From Octopus vulgaris (taxonomy: Eukaryota), in the NCBI GenBank assembly GCA_951406725.2, contig OX597820.1, positions 125,178,001-125,242,000 on the forward strand: a stretch of DNA of 64,000 bases. The letters are read 5' to 3'. The notes under the pieces were generated by a model. It saw only the letters and a list, made by a program, of their open reading frames with translations. It had not been told where the DNA came from and did not search any database. Position numbers and translations under genes: made by a program. Shown here in pieces: positions 1 through 16,300 of this stretch (its first letter is position 1; every line of letters starts with the position of its first letter).

Positions 1-963
1 GGCTGCGGATCGAGCGGAAGCCTTTCAGCATTTCTTCGGGCTCTACGTGTTCCCAACTGTAATTCTCTCCATAGCTTACTTGGGTGATAGGCTTAACCCG
101 ATGACCAATTTAACACCACCACCTGGCACCTCGAATGCCGATGTTTTTAGCTGAGACCGCTTCAATGCAAGCATTCGAGCCACGTTTCCGATTTGATGAT
201 ATATTTCTATCCTTACCCCGCTGCCGCAGAAGATCTATCACGAAGGATATGTTCTGTTTTCCATTCCGAATGAAATATATTTTTAAATTTTGTATTCGCT
301 TATTTTATGATATCTGATTTCTTCCGTATGATATAATCTCCTTTATTCAGCATAGAATTAAGTGTTGATGGAAATGATTATCGTCAGTTTAATCTACGTT
401 TGTATCCAACCGAGACAGCTATCATCTCCTCTCTACTACTTAGAGAACTTCCAAATAATTTGACATAAATAATTGTTTTTGATTTTCTGATGACAATCTC
501 GATATGACTCTAATGACACAAAGCAATGTTATATGGCCAAGTGGTTAACGTCTTGGTCCCAGATCACAAGAAGTTCGATTCTATTCTGGAGCAATGTTCT
601 TCACTTGACGTTCTTTTGTAGTGCTGAGCTATATTTTGGCCCCAACCTAGTTGTGATGTATCCATCACTCCTGATGTCACAGCCTCGATGTTCCGCCAGG
701 TAGAAAATGAATCGGATGGATAGTTACCCTTCTAAGCTGAATAAAACATTTGCGAAAATATATAACAGTTTAGCAACCCATACTTGGTTAGTGAGTGACA
801 GCTAGCAGTTCCAATGCGGATTATGACTATATAGTGGTACCGATTCCACAAAAAACATTTGATTTGCAATTTTGATAAATCTCTCCAGAGGATCGCTGAC
901 CCATAGTGTTTGATTTAGCAGATGTAGTGGACTCTGAGGAAGGCCAAAAAGTGTGTGCAAAAT

Positions 964-985
964 GATATATATGTATATATGTATA

Positions 986-1028
<43 letters not shown>

Positions 1029-1049
1029 AAAACATTTGTATCTACATAA

Positions 1050-1091
<42 letters not shown>

Positions 1092-1112
1092 AAACATTTG
1101 TATCTACATAAG

Positions 1113-1172
<60 letters not shown>
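964..1172. repeat. (TA)n tract with a duplicated ~30-bp insert
   Basis: TAATATAAAA(A)CATTTGTATCTACATAAGC at ~1022 and ~1085. Confidence 0.9.
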
Positions 1173-1177
<5 letters not shown>

Positions 1178-3280
1178 ACGTCTATATGATGTAGTCTCAG
1201 AGTCAGGGGCTATGTATTTAATTGCTCTTAGCAAAACATTAATTGATTTAAACTCCTGCTGTGTTTAGTCTGAAGGAAATCTTAATATAGATGCTGAAAT
1301 TATTATGCGTTAATAGCTTTCAATTTCGTTCTGTCTGATTTTATTCTTCACACTATTTGATTTGTTATTTTGAAAGTTGTTTTTAATATTCAGTGACCAT
1401 CTTTCATATAATAGGCCAAAAACACTATGTGATAGTGGTCGGTCATAACTTATAATGATGTGGATGCATTTCTTCAAATTTAAAGTGTGTTAGAAAAGCG
1501 TGGTCAGTAGATTTTAGATGTATGCAAAAGTGAGAATACGTTTTAGAATAGAGTTCACGAGTAATAAAGTCTTGGGTGACGACGGATAGACAGGCTGACG
1601 TCTCAGAATTTTGTAGATTTGGAAGGCAGTTTAAGGTTTAACATAATTATAAATATTTGTAACAGTCAGAGTGGTGGTTGTAAACAAGACAATTTTTTAT
1701 TAATGATAACGGTTATAGCTAATGAGAGATATTTTATCTCTCAGTAGAAAATATTTTGCGGCTTCAGTTGAGTACGCTTGAAATTGTAGAAATCGCAATA
1801 TCTCCAGTGGAATATTTCGAACAAAATTTTGATTATATTACTAAGGAGAATGTGAGACACTCAATAGCAATAATGTTTGAACATGTTTTTTGTAAATTTC
1901 AATGTGCAATGCAATTTTTCACTTAAATGATAACTTTTTAACTTTTTAAAGCTCTCTTATATCTAGTGGACAGGTGTTTGCATTATGAAATTTAAGGAGT
2001 AAAACTAGATGAAATTATTCTAGAAGATCATTCACGAATATTTCGTACAAACTTTTAGGTATGTTTATATTTTATATTTCATGATAGGGCATTAAATTCT
2101 CATTATTGTCATTGTAGTAAATAAAAATATAGAAAAATATTTAAGCAAACATTATTTTTTCGCAATTTTCCAAACGTTCGTAAGAATAAGAGGAACACAA
2201 CGGGAAATCAAAACAAGAAATATAACCCTGCAGACAGTAATATCTTGGGATGAGTTTAAATACTTAACAAAAGGAAATTATTTTCTTGGCTACGAAGCAG
2301 GCGAATTGGTCCGTTTTCAGTTAAACATTTCGTAATAGTGTATATAATAACGAAAACATCATCATGACCATGACAAAGAACATTAATCATCATCAACTTC
2401 AACTACAATAACAACATCATTATCTCTATTGAAATCGTTAACCTCATCATTAAAATCAACCCACTCAAAACAAATAAACTTCGACTACACAATTATCAAA
2501 GCACAATTCAACATAAAATACAAAATCCAATATACGGCACAGACAAAAATTATTGATTATAGCAATAAAGTTGAAAGGGTTGCTATGACATTCATATATC
2601 TGAAAATAATCAACAATTTGTTACAAAAATGTACAAATTTTGAAGCGAAATCTTATTCAACCTTAGTAAAGGTATCGACCTCAATGAATGACTAGTATTT
2701 AATTTATCACTTTCGGAAAAAAGAATCGGTGAACTGAACACGACGACGGTTGAAAACAGCAAACTAAGTTTCTGCTAATAAATACTGCATTTTTCGGCAG
2801 CGTTTACCAAAGCTACCTTCCCCAATACTTCAGGAAGAAGTACCTAATGATTTCTATCACTAGCTCAACGTTACAAAAGTTATGATGAATGAGTAATTTA
2901 TCTTATTGCGTACCAAAGAATTAAAAGAAAAGAGTGTACGCGGATAACATAGAATTAAGAACTTCATGTGTTACAGTCCATTCTACTATTCAGAATATAT
3001 ATCTGTGTAGGGAGGGACTGTGTATATATATTTGCAACTACAAAATAAAAATGAGGAGGAGGAGGAGGGGGATGGTAAAAATACACAATAAAAAATAAAT
3101 AAATATAGGAAAACATGTCTTGTGTTGAACGTTGCAGCTCCAACTAACAAAAATATCATTGGACCCTTTTGAGAAATTAATCAACTCTACTGAGTTGGAG
3201 ACAGAAATCAGATAAATGCATTAATCTCAGAAAGGCATTACATGTTTTTATGGAAGAACTAAAGAAGATAGAATAAACCA

Positions 3281-3452
3281 GGCGCAGGAGTGGCTGTGTA
3301 GTAAGTAGCTTGCTAACCAACCACATGGTTCCGGGTTCAGTCCCACTGCGTGGCATCTTGTGCAAGTGTCTTCTGCTATAGCCCTGGGCCGACCAATGAC
3401 TTGTGAGTGGATTTGGTAGACGGAAACTGAAAGAAGCCTGTTGTATATATGC

Positions 3453-3488
<36 letters not shown>

Positions 3489-3700
3489 TTGTGTGTCTGT
3501 ATTTGTCCCCCCTAGCATTGCTTGACAACCGATGCTGGTGTGTTTACGTCCCCGTCAACTAGCGGTTCAGCAAAAGAGACCGATATAATAAGTTCTGGGC
3601 TTACAAAGAATAAGTCCCGGGGTCGATTTGCTCGACTAAAGGCGGTGCTCCAGCATGGCCGCAGTCAAATTACTGAAACAAGTAAAAGAGTAAAGAGAGT
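3281..3700 (+). mobile_element. tRNA-derived SINE, family A (internal TA/TG microsatellite)
   Basis: A-box-like TGGCTGTGTAGTAAG and B-box-like GGTTCAGTCCC, an internal microsatellite, and a tail ending CAGCATGGCCGCAG...GAAACAAGTAAAAGAG. Five other copies occur in the window. Confidence 0.88.
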
Positions 3701-5329
3701 TAGCAAAAAATGAGTGAACTGGTAAAGATCCTATTTATGTATACCGCACGCATCTTGTGCAACTTCCTCTCATTTAGGTTTATTTATGACGAATGATTAG
3801 AAAAAAATCGATACTCAAACCAGTACATACGTATGTATGTGTGTGAGTGTATTTTGCGTGCGTATGTATGTGTGCTTCTGTATGTCTCTCTTCACAGCCA
3901 ATGTGCTATTGTCTGTATAAGTGAACGTTCATTTCTATCAAATCTTTATAGAAGAGTCTCAGCATAACTGGAAGAATCACGACTTTACTACGTAGCGCCA
4001 GTAGTCGAATCTGAAATTTGAAAACGAAAAATACTTATAAAGTTTTCAATATCATGATCTTCATTTGCTAAAGTTTAGAAAACTATGTTAATTGGTAATA
4101 TATATAAAACTGCATCTTATTCGTTTGAACTTGATCATTCACTACATGAAAAGCAGCAATTGCTTCTATTTTAATTTCAGTCCCCAAATTATCACACAAT
4201 ATTATTTATTTTTGTCATTGTAAACTAAAAATTATTTGCTTAGCGTTACTACTCATATTTTATTCTAAACTAAAAGATTAATGGAAATGTATATAATTAT
4301 TATGAGAATTTTTGCTTTAAATTATGATACATTTGTGATATAATATTCAAACACGAATTGTGCACACTTGCAAATAAAATATTTTATGGATATTTGATGT
4401 CAATACCATCATCCATTGTAATTTTTAATAGGAACAGTGTTCCATAAAATGTATCATTTGACTTTCAGTAATTATTGTATTTTAGCCACTTTTTTGTTGT
4501 CATTAGTCTTCAAACAATGCGTCAAGTGATAATCACCAGTTCAAGTGTTCGTAGCAACATTTTTTCTATTTAAATCAAAACCTTAGCTTAATTACTGATT
4601 TCAATTTGAACATCGTTTTATTTAAATAATGGTCTCTTAGATGCTGTCTACTGATTGAAGTTAAGTGACGTTCAATAACGTCCTTTTCAGAGATTGATGT
4701 ATTGACCAATAGATTTCATTCATGCAGAATTTTTTTTTATATGAAGAATTAGAAAAAAAGTTGGATTATACGGGTCGTGTAAGGATTGTATAGTTTCAAT
4801 CAAAGATCATGGACATTTCATTTTTATTAGCTTTATTTTTATGCAATTGTTTACACGCTGATTAACACCCTTTGGTATAAAGTAACGGAATACTTAAGCT
4901 GACAGTATTTTCGCGTAAAAGTCTTGGGTATTATGAAGAGTAATAGATTAAATACACAGGGGCTGGTATGCAGATTATTTCGACTATGCTACGAACTTTA
5001 TATGGCTGTGAAGAGACCTCGATTCCTACTTCCTCCATATAATAAAACGTGTAGCTTTGACCTCTATCCTTGCTTTATATCTATTGATTTTTCGCAATCA
5101 ATACGGTCTTAAAAGTTTGAACAGCATACAGACTTCATATAATCTCACCAGATTATTTATAATCTCACCGGACTTACATTCAACTGTGTCATAATGCCTT
5201 GAAATGTTTCTCAACTGATCCTTCTAAACTCATCCTTCAGAACAGTTTCAAGTAGAGCAGTGCACGGTGTTAACTGTTAACAATGATTTTTAATGCATAA
5301 TTAGCAAGAGAAGCCAATGCGTTGCTGCA

Positions 5330-5800
5330 ATTTATGCAATCATCTTCACCTTGTGGATATTAACGGAAACAATTGACTGACTACGACACATAATGCAACT
5401 GATACCGCCATGACAAAAATATCTCTGCAGGATCATATACAAACCGCAGTAATTCAAGAACAGAATAGAATGAACGATGTGATAGTGGAATACAGAATGC
5501 ACAATTTCCACCGGGCCGGAATGCATTAAGAAATTCAAGGAGGATATCTAAATGAAATTAGCCTAATGGATCACTCACGAACGTTTAGAATGCATTGTAA
5601 CATCGTTTCAATATCCACATATGATAGGGAAACATGTGTAGTTATTGACTGATATCAATGAAATTTGAAGAAAATCCTGGAAGACCTCCAAGGCGATGAG
5701 ACGATGACATGGGTAAACAAATCGAACCCAGATGGAATATAACAGCGTAATCAAGGAGGAATGGAAGCTTATTGTGAGCAACGATATATAACCAAATCTA
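5330..5800 (+). mobile_element. RTE-like LINE 3' remnant
   Basis: Decayed translation ...QDHIQTAVIQEQNRMNDVIVEYRMHNFHRAG...PGRPPRR*DD resembles the C-terminal GH...RGRPxxRWxD region of RTE-clade ORFs. Confidence 0.45.
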
Positions 5801-6183
5801 ATAGTTTGTGAAGAGAAAAAAAATAAGAAAACAACGTTAAAATTTGTTCAAAGTTTCAAGAGGTCAATTTTGATTTCCATATTTTGGACACAAAAATTTA
5901 AATATATCTGTTAAGTGTATTCATCTGATTTTATACCCCATATTCCCCTTTCAGCTAAAGCAAACAAAATAAAAGAAAGAAAACATGATATTAGCTTCCA
6001 GTACTCTATATGATTAAAATATCTTTACGGATATAATTAAGAAAAATACTAATAGAGTCTTATTCTAATATTGAATTAAGATTTTCTTTGTTATGAAAAT
6101 TATACAATTATTGAAAATAATTGTTTTCCTGAAACAAAACGTATAGTGGAACATATTCTCAGACACAATATGCTTAAGACAGA

Positions 6184-6819
6184 CCATCCACTTCCGACCT
6201 CAAATGACGTTTAACGGTGGAAAAATTTAAAGTTAAATGGTGGTATTTTTTTTTCCGTATTAGGTATATCTGGAGCCTATTTACAGATAAATGTAAATGA
6301 AATATGTTCAAATTATTTGACAATAAATACACACAGAGGATTGTACAGATACACATGATTACCATTTGGATTAAAGGTTGCACCAGCAATACTCCAGCGA
6401 GTGATGGATACTATGTGATCTCATTTGATCAAGAGTAAATCTCCTGCACAGCATGTGGAACCGATAAAAGCTCTATTTAAGAATATTAACGTCTTCAGGT
6501 TCACTTTGAGAGAGGAAAAATGCGAATTCTTTCTACCCCAAATTAAGTACTTAAAGTAAATGATTCATAAAAGTGGTAGACGTTCTGACACATCGAGGGC
6601 AGACGCAATAAGGAATTTACCTAAGCCGACAAATATTACAGCATATTTTGGTAGGCAAATTACTATCAAAGTTACATTCCTAATATGCATAAATTTAGAG
6701 CTCCATTAAACGACTTATTTAAACAAGGAGTAAAGTGGAATTGGTCCACTAAATGTCAGAACACTTTTGAAGAAATAGTAAAAAAAATAATAATTTCAGA
6801 CCTCTCGTTAGCACATTAC
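6184..6819 (+). mobile_element. Ty3/Gypsy pol remnant (RT and connection region)
   Basis: Motifs HPLP, GAYLQI, TINTHRGLYRYT*LPFGLKVAPAILQRVMD, EKCEFFLPQIKYL and NYYQSYIP...APLNDLFKQGVKWNW...LAHY, with stops and frameshifts. Confidence 0.85.
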
Positions 6820-6820
6820 T

Positions 6821-7443
6821 GGCTACAGGTACTTGGGGATTTTGGAAATAAACAAAATGATGGATAAAGAAATGACAGAAATATTTAAGGTGGAGTATTT
6901 GCGCAGACTGAGACTGATCCTTAAGTCGAACTTTAATGGACGGAATAAGATTGAAGCTATTAACACCTGGACGGTTTCACTTCTTAGATATGGAGGATGG
7001 GTAATCGCATGGACAGTAGACGAAGTTGCTAACTAGATATGCGACACTCCACCCAAATAGTGAGACAGACAGACTATATGTATCAAGAAAAGGAGGGGTA
7101 AGATGACTTATTTGATTTAAACAAAGCATTAGAGAAGAAGAACACAGCATAGTATGGTATGTAAAAATGCCAGAGAACCGCGATTATTAGACGTAAGAAT
7201 GTCAGGCTTGTGTATTATGAAATATTGCAAAGATGGAGCACTATACGCGGAATTGAAAATATTTGGGTAAAGAAAAGAATGCGCGGTCAATTTCATAGAG
7301 ATGTTGAAGATAACACAAGCAGAGATGGCGGCTGATGACTGAAAGTAATTTAAAACCGGAAACGGTGGCTCTAATCTGTGCTGCCCAAGAAAAAGCACTA
7401 AGAACAAACAATATAATATGCAGAGTAGACAACACATCAGAAA
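6821..7443 (+). mobile_element. R4/Dong-like non-LTR retrotransposon remnant
   Basis: YRYLGI...EYLRRLRLILKSNFNGRNKIEAINTWTVSLLRYG and ETVALICAAQEKALRT; homologous to 46100-47235. Confidence 0.8.
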
Positions 7444-7917
7444 GTATGTGTGCGCGTGTGTATTTTCATATATATGTATATGTGGGTGTGTATTAAAAGG
7501 TTATTGTTTAAATGATAGATTACATCGGATGAACCCTGAGGTAATGGATGCACCACACATATTACGAAACTAGAAACTGAGAAAAGCAAAGTAAAGGAAG
7601 AAACATTGTTATGTAGCACATTTTTCATCATTCGTCTTAAGAAGTTTCTCGTAGCTGAATAAAAATAAGTTGCCATGAACATCGCTCAATTGAGGAGATA
7701 TTTCTAAAGAAATGTAATGTGATATAATATTATGTAATAACGAATGATCATGTGAATGAGTTTTGAGAGTATGAATACCATCAAATCATTCACAATTGCA
7801 AGAATTCCGCCTTAGATCTTTCATTCCGAATCGAATGTTAACAATATTATAAGCATCTGTACAGACTGCAATTTTCGATCAGATGGCAATTGTTGATTAT
7901 TATGCATTATGGATTAT

Positions 7918-8222
7918 TTTTGTTTGTTCCTTCTCGAGCCATACCTGACTCATAAGGGCCGGTTTCCCGGTTTCTTGGTGTATAGGTTCCTCACCTAGAC
8001 TGGACGCCGGTCCGTTGCAGGTGAGCTGCAAGATGCAGGAGGAAAGAGTGAGAGAAGGTTGTGGCAAAAGTGTCAGCAGCCGTTCACCATTACTTTCTGC
8101 CGGAGCCGCGTGAAGCTTAAGTGTTTCGCTCATAAACAGACACACCGCCCGGTCTGAGATTCGAACCCGCGATCCCTCGACCGCAAGTTCGCTGCGCTAA
8201 CCACTAGGCCATGTGCCTCCAC
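7918..8222 (-). mobile_element. tRNA-derived SINE, group C, with 13-bp target site duplication
   Basis: A box TGGCCTAGTGG and B box GGTTCGAATC on the minus strand, AAAC-rich tail, and CATTATGGATTAT at both 7905-7917 and 8223-8235. Confidence 0.88.
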
Positions 8223-9074
8223 CATTATGGATTATGGGCCATATTGTGTATATTTCCCGCAAAATATTAGACCAGTGGCGTATTATAAATCGTAATCTAC
8301 AAATATATTAATACAGACATTTTCGTCTTTGCCATATTTACCAGATCGCATTAATTTTTCTCTCTTTTTTTTATAGTTAAAAAAATATGTTTCCGTCGTT
8401 AATGTTCCGTTTGCAGTTGAAACTAAAGCAGACGTGAAGTCTATGTCGTATTAAATGATGCTTTCCGCTCGAAATAACCTTTAGATTAAGAAGATCAATA
8501 AATTTAATTTTACACATTGAATATCGTGGAAAATATTGTTAATTCTCAATATAAGTTCAATTATTACAAATGGAAAGTTCATTAAATAACCTTTTAAATG
8601 CAAACCTAATTTACACACTATATTAATTTCACTTTGTTATGTCAATTCACATGAAACTCCAAAAGAATAATGAAAAGTCAATTCTCTTAAGAGAATCAAT
8701 TCTCTAATATCTGTTCTGCATATTTTTATTCTCTTCTGTTTACTAAAGAAAAAAAAATGAAAAATTACAGAAAAAATACAATTGAAACCAGTCAGAATTT
8801 CCAGTACAATGTTTCACTTGTTATTGTTTATTGCCTTCCGCTTTTGGCCATGCCATGGCTATGCCGTGTTTAGCATCTGCATTGGTGTATATGAAATCCA
8901 GTTATGCTGTGAGAATCGCCTTTTCAATGACAGTACTTAATGATTTGAATACTGAATTGGACGCTAATTCTAGCAAATGAAACGATTAAGAGTATTTTCA
9001 AACTAGCAAATCATGCACATGATTTTACAAGTGGAAAACGTATAATTTCGCATACTCACATATAGTCATATAGT

Positions 9075-9120
9075 CACATAAGCTGACGAAACTGTAAAGC
9101 ATCGAAATATATCACTGATG
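9075..9120 (+). ncRNA. Candidate decayed hammerhead motif
   Basis: CATAAG-CTGACGA-AACTGTAAAGCATC-GAAA-TATA-TC-ACTGATG. Core bases and the ATATAT palindrome are present, but stems I and II are weak. Confidence 0.4.
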
Positions 9121-10359
9121 CATAGCACTTTGAAAATAATAAATAAAATAGTTATATATTAAAGTTCTTATCTAAAAAGTATGTAACTATTTCGGGCGTG
9201 TATGAGAGCAAATCGCATAACGAATGGACATATTCTTCTAAAGTGTAGAAAAAACAATCTTATAAGAATTCAAGAAAACGTTGTATGGCATTTTACTTAA
9301 CCAACAAAAGTTTTTAAGAAATTAGCACCGGTTTCAAACTTTATTGTAAGAACTAGGATGTGCCCCGCCATATCATTGGAAACTTTGGAAATGTACTTCT
9401 ACTGCATCAATGACATCAAGAAATATGACACGTAAACAACAATTACAATATAAATGTTATGAAAATTCTTCATGCTTGTGCAATATATATTTCAGCCGAA
9501 AAGTTTTCATTACTTTGAAATATAATTTAATGAAATTAATTTCTCCTTTATAGGAACTATCCTAATAACTAATTTTATTCTATCCTTACTCTCTCTCCCT
9601 CCCTCTCTCCCTCCCTCCCCCCTCCCTCCCTCCCTCCCTCCCTATCTCTCTCTCTCTCTCTTGTGCATTTTCTATTACTCTATGTGTGTATCATTACTAT
9701 AAGCATTCCCTGCCCCCAAGTCTTATATGTGCACTCATCCTGAATCAGTTGTCTTTACTTTCTTTATATCTCACGTTTACTCTCTCTCTCTCTCTCCACT
9801 TACATGCATCTTATTTACTCCGCCTGTTTCTCTCAATCATGTACACTCTCCCTCCCTAAGGCTTCACAGTGAATTTCAGCCAACACGCATTCGACGTGCA
9901 TATTGACCAGTATTGCACAAAGATTTCATTCCCCAAGGAATATACTTGAATAAGAAGCGTTTCTAATATTTCAGAAACCAGAACTTCTAATTACCAGTTA
10001 AATATTCATTTATATATGCATCGATTAATCGTTACTCATATTATCAAACACGCCTTTTAAATAGACACACAAAAATGTACGTAAATACGTATATTCATAT
10101 GTATCAGTGTAATCATTGATTTATATGTATGTGTGTGTGTGAGAGCGTGTGGAGGTGTCAGTATGTGTGTATGTTTGGATGTGTGCGTGTAAAGTTTATA
10201 TATTATAATTATCATTAAGTTCAAATATCTATATCTCTTTCCTGATACAAATGAATAGTAATTAATAATTTATGCGTATAAAATTACTGCCGCCGCCCAA
10301 ACTTTCATCTTCGAGAATTTGTTATATGCATATATACAAACCTACACTCGCACACACTC

Positions 10360-10375
10360 ACACAAATACACACAT

Positions 10376-10451
<76 letters not shown>

Positions 10452-10617
10452 ATGTATATTTACAGATATGTATACATACATACGCACAAATGTCTATATC
10501 AATATATATATATATACATATATGTACATACTTACATATATATATATATGTATATATGCATATAGATGTGTATATATATATATATATACATACATAAATA
10601 TATATATATATACATAC

Positions 10618-10654
<37 letters not shown>

Positions 10655-10655
10655 C

Positions 10656-10692
<37 letters not shown>

Positions 10693-10728
10693 CATAAATA
10701 CATACATATATATATATGTATGTATATA
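10360..10728. repeat. Compound (CA)/(TA)/(TACA) microsatellite
   Basis: Direct reading. Confidence 0.95.
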
Positions 10729-10789
10729 AGCATATATCTTATTTGCAATCCCCAAATTTCTTCGTGCAGTTGGAGAGTATCAACCATAG

Positions 10790-11383
10790 TTACGGCAGGT
10801 TCAAATGACAAAACAAATGATACTCGTTCAACAAAGTCTATTAATCAGGATATGTTATATAATCTATCCCTTGTTGGAACAAAATCCCATCATAACTGTT
10901 GATGAACAGCAAGAGAAGTTTGGATTTGGTCATTCAGCCATTCACTGACACTTGCGTGCCATCGGTAAACGACCATCTTTGATTTCAAGACGAAAAGCGT
11001 TCTTCAATGAAGATAATACTCGGCCATACACATTGTCAGAATGATATTCGAAAGACTTGAGCAGTTTGAATGGGAATCGATGACCGACCTACCATATTTG
11101 CCAGATATTGTTCCACCTCATTATGATTTTTTCTGCAGTCTTCAAAATCATTTGGAAGGAAAAATTATGAATTCTGTAAGTCGGGGTCAGAACAGTACTG
11201 GAAGAGTATTTTTCGTCACATACAAGTTAATTTTGGAAGAGGGGCCTTTCAAGTCTAGCAGACAAATAGAAGAGCATATGAAGTAGAATATATTTTAGAT
11301 TAAAAAAGAACTTTGCTTATCTTAATTTTTAAAACTATAAGAAGTATAAGAACAACCCTCATTATTTATGGGATGACATAATT
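10790..11383 (+). mobile_element. Internally deleted mariner remnant
   Basis: HTH-like segment (EQNPIITVDE...HSAIH*HLRAIGK), EDNTRPY (HDNARPH), LPYLPDIVPPHYDFFCSLQNHL (YSPDLAPSDYHLF) and a right TIR-like TTATTTATGGGATGACATAAT. Confidence 0.8.
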
Positions 11384-12624
11384 TATTTTGAAGTTATTAT
11401 TGATGTAACTCTGACTTGGCACAGCAAATCTTCGAGCAAATGTATCTTTTTTATTGTTAACAAGGATAAATCTTAACTCTATACACCTCATATTCTCCCA
11501 CAATATCACGTCACGCTGTAGAATTCAGTAAAACACAAGCTTTTATGCTTTCTCACTTTATTGCTATTAATCAGTTCAATTTTCTGAGATACTTGCAATG
11601 TAACCGTTCTTATTTTTATTCATTACCTCAGGTAATACTAGGTCCAAGGATTTATATATTCCCATGCCATCGCTTAGATTTTAACACCTTTTTATTAAAT
11701 ATATTGAGAAGTTCTATACCTGTTTCATTTCCCTAGTCAGAGAAAAATTTTTTATGCATTATCATTAGTGTGGAATCTTCGCGGGGGAAATAGCTCTTTG
11801 ATTTGCGGTCTTTGAAGATCCAGATTTATGAAGCCATCCATGTCACATCTGTTTTATGTTGATCCTATCCATATTTAATGTCATGTGCATGTGTGTGTGT
11901 ACGGGTGTATGTATGTGTATTTGTATGTATGTTTGCTTGTATGTGTGCTTGTATGTATGTGTGTGTGTGTATTCCCACTCGGGTTTGTCATGCATTAGTT
12001 CAATGAAACTGGGAAACGTTTAAGTGGTGAGTCGTTCCACAAGAAATAACAAACTACTCCGAAATCAATGTGTGTTGTCATACCAACTTTGATAATGTAG
12101 ACTTGAATAAAATCTGTATGACAAAAATATGACACACTGATTGTAATCGTTATACTAATAGATTAAGAGGCAAAACAACAACAACAACAACAACAATTTA
12201 TTGTATTCCTTATGAGTTTTTATGTCATCTTCATCAAACCTATTTTCCTTTCGATGCTTCATATATCATTCACAGGCATTACTGTTTGAGAATTATACAC
12301 GTCGACGTAAATCCGGTTTTGCTTTGAAATTTGTTGCTTTGAAATTTCGACACTTTAATCAGACCACTTGTTTCTTTGTACCTGGTAAAAATTACGGTTA
12401 CGAATGAGCATGTATGTAAATAAGTATGTATGTACCACAAATAAGAAAGAAGAAAGCAAAGGACCACTAACGCGGTCACAGGAGTGTGACGAAAGAACTC
12501 CGGCTGAAATAAGATTAAGATTAATGTAAAAAGTAAATAACGCTGAAGCAAAGTAACACCAGATATATAGTGTGTGTGTTTTTATTGGCTAAACTGGCAA
12601 AACGACCATTCCTAAATACAACAA

Positions 12625-12792
<168 letters not shown>

Positions 12793-13235
12793 CGTTTACG
12801 CTTGTATGTAAATAAGTATGTATGTACATTATAGCGGTATGGCTCTGTTGTCAATAATTAGAGTTACTTATTTCCTGCCATCAGCGAGTAAACTGGTCCT
12901 GACTTTCTTTAAAAACATTCACTCTGTGAATATTCACTCTGTGAATATTCACTGTAATGTGAAATGAAAGTGTTTACAAAACTTTTTATACTTATCTTTA
13001 AAAGACGTTTGTGAGTGACAGTTGCAAAAACAGTGAGTATTTTAATATCGCTTTATTAGCAGATGAGAGAAAACGATTAACTCTGAGCGTTTGAGTTCAA
13101 ACATGTTACAGAACATTACATTGATACTGAGCCCTATAATTTATCGCTTCAAGAGTGTTTTATATATGAATAGATGTATGCATATATATACATGCACTTT
13201 TCTTTGTCACCAAATACACATACTCAATAATTACA

Positions 13236-13374
13236 TACTTATTCTATCGGGCGCTTTAGTCCAACTACTAAGTTATGGGGTTGTAAACGCACCAGCATCG
13301 GTTGTCAAGCGACATTGGGGAGATAAACACACGTACACAGAAAAACATACACAAACATAATACACGCACACACG

Positions 13375-13438
<64 letters not shown>

Positions 13439-13601
13439 CGACGGGTTTCGTTCGGTTTCCATCTGCCAAATCCACTTACAAGGCTTCGGTCGGCCCGAGG
13501 CTATAGTAGAAGACACTTGCCCAGGGTGCCACGCAGTGGGACTGAACCCGCAATTATATGGTTGGTAAGCACACTACTAACCATACAGACACTCCTGCGC
13601 C
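13236..13601 (-). mobile_element. SINE family A, 3' truncated
   Basis: Reverse complement of the head, microsatellite and part of the tail of 3281-3700. Confidence 0.85.
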
Positions 13602-14924
13602 TATGTAATTATACACACGCGCACACAGAGACCGACACACAAACATACACACATTCACACACACATATATAAAACCACGCAGAAAAAAACGTTGGATTTC
13701 AAAATTGCCTGACATTTACCCTGCCATGGTATGAGAAAATCCTTCAGGAAGAGACCATAAAAAGAATTAATGAAATCAACTATTACAGAATATAACTATT
13801 AATAAATAATATTATTAATGAATATTAAATGATATCCCCATTAACTACTATGTTTGAAAACATATCTCTGCACAACATTTAAACAAGGATTAATAATGTA
13901 TTCAATCTTTGTTGTTATGAGCTGCTACAAAAATTCTTAACGCTCTACTAATTATAAAGCATTACCAATAACTTATCAATTAGTAAATATTCACAGAGAG
14001 GAAATCAGAATTTTATGCAGAAGGAGATTCGTTTCATGAATGTAGACAATTTGCCAAGGATCACAAAATTTCATAGATCATAAACTCTGTTTAGTTTTGA
14101 AGAGAAAATTGACCAGTAACCGTGTAAATTATTTAGCTATATCAAAATTGATTCCCTTTGATCATATGATTTGGCTGTTAGCGTCAGCATATGTGCTCTA
14201 TCAGATATATGCGTGTGTAAGCGAAGAGAGTCATTTCTGTACATAGCAACGTGCATACGGTCACATGTTTATATTCACTCATGCGCATACAGCCCACGCA
14301 CAAATTAAAGAAAGTATACCTACGCGAGTTACGCACAAGCACAGATACCAATATACCAGTACACATACATAATAAACATTGACATATGCGACCACATAAA
14401 CGCGTTTGAATAGTTGTGCATATTTATTTACTGCTATCGCAAAATATCTGGATGACTGCACGTATGTGAATCTCCCTGTAATGGGAGAGAGATTATGCGG
14501 CGATGCCTTCTGCATATACGTATATATTCATGTGCATATGCATGCATACTCCTACACCCAGCAAGGTTGGATTAAGCTTATCTTGTCTGCAGATATCCTG
14601 GTGTGAGGATGACGACCAATGTTAAAGTTTAAATAAAATAAATACCGTTAGCCACAACAATAACAGAAGGTAAGTGCAAAATACAGAGCCGGGAAAGGAA
14701 AAGTTTGTTCAGTCGCTATGACAGTTTTTATAGTCTCAGGTTCGAATGTCTTCTGCTTAAGCAGACGTTTGCCTCGGATGCGAAGTTCATAGTTGAGTAT
14801 ATAATCATTGAGCTGCAGCGACGTTGTCTACACGTGCCGCCGCCTGCACCTATTCTGCATATAGCGCTGTAACACTACCAAATATGGGAGGACAAATGGG
14901 AGTATTTCTCTCCCAAGTACATAT

Positions 14925-16300
<1,376 letters not shown>

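Noticed and set aside
8150-8222. tRNA-like sequence with A and B boxes
   Set aside because: It is a SINE head: it continues into a repeat body bounded by a TSD, and I could not fold a full cloverleaf.
14593-14669. Possible + strand exon (TTGTCTGCAG...AAG|GTAAGT)
   Set aside because: Good donor site, but no recognisable coding content or partner exons; cannot be supported without transcripts.
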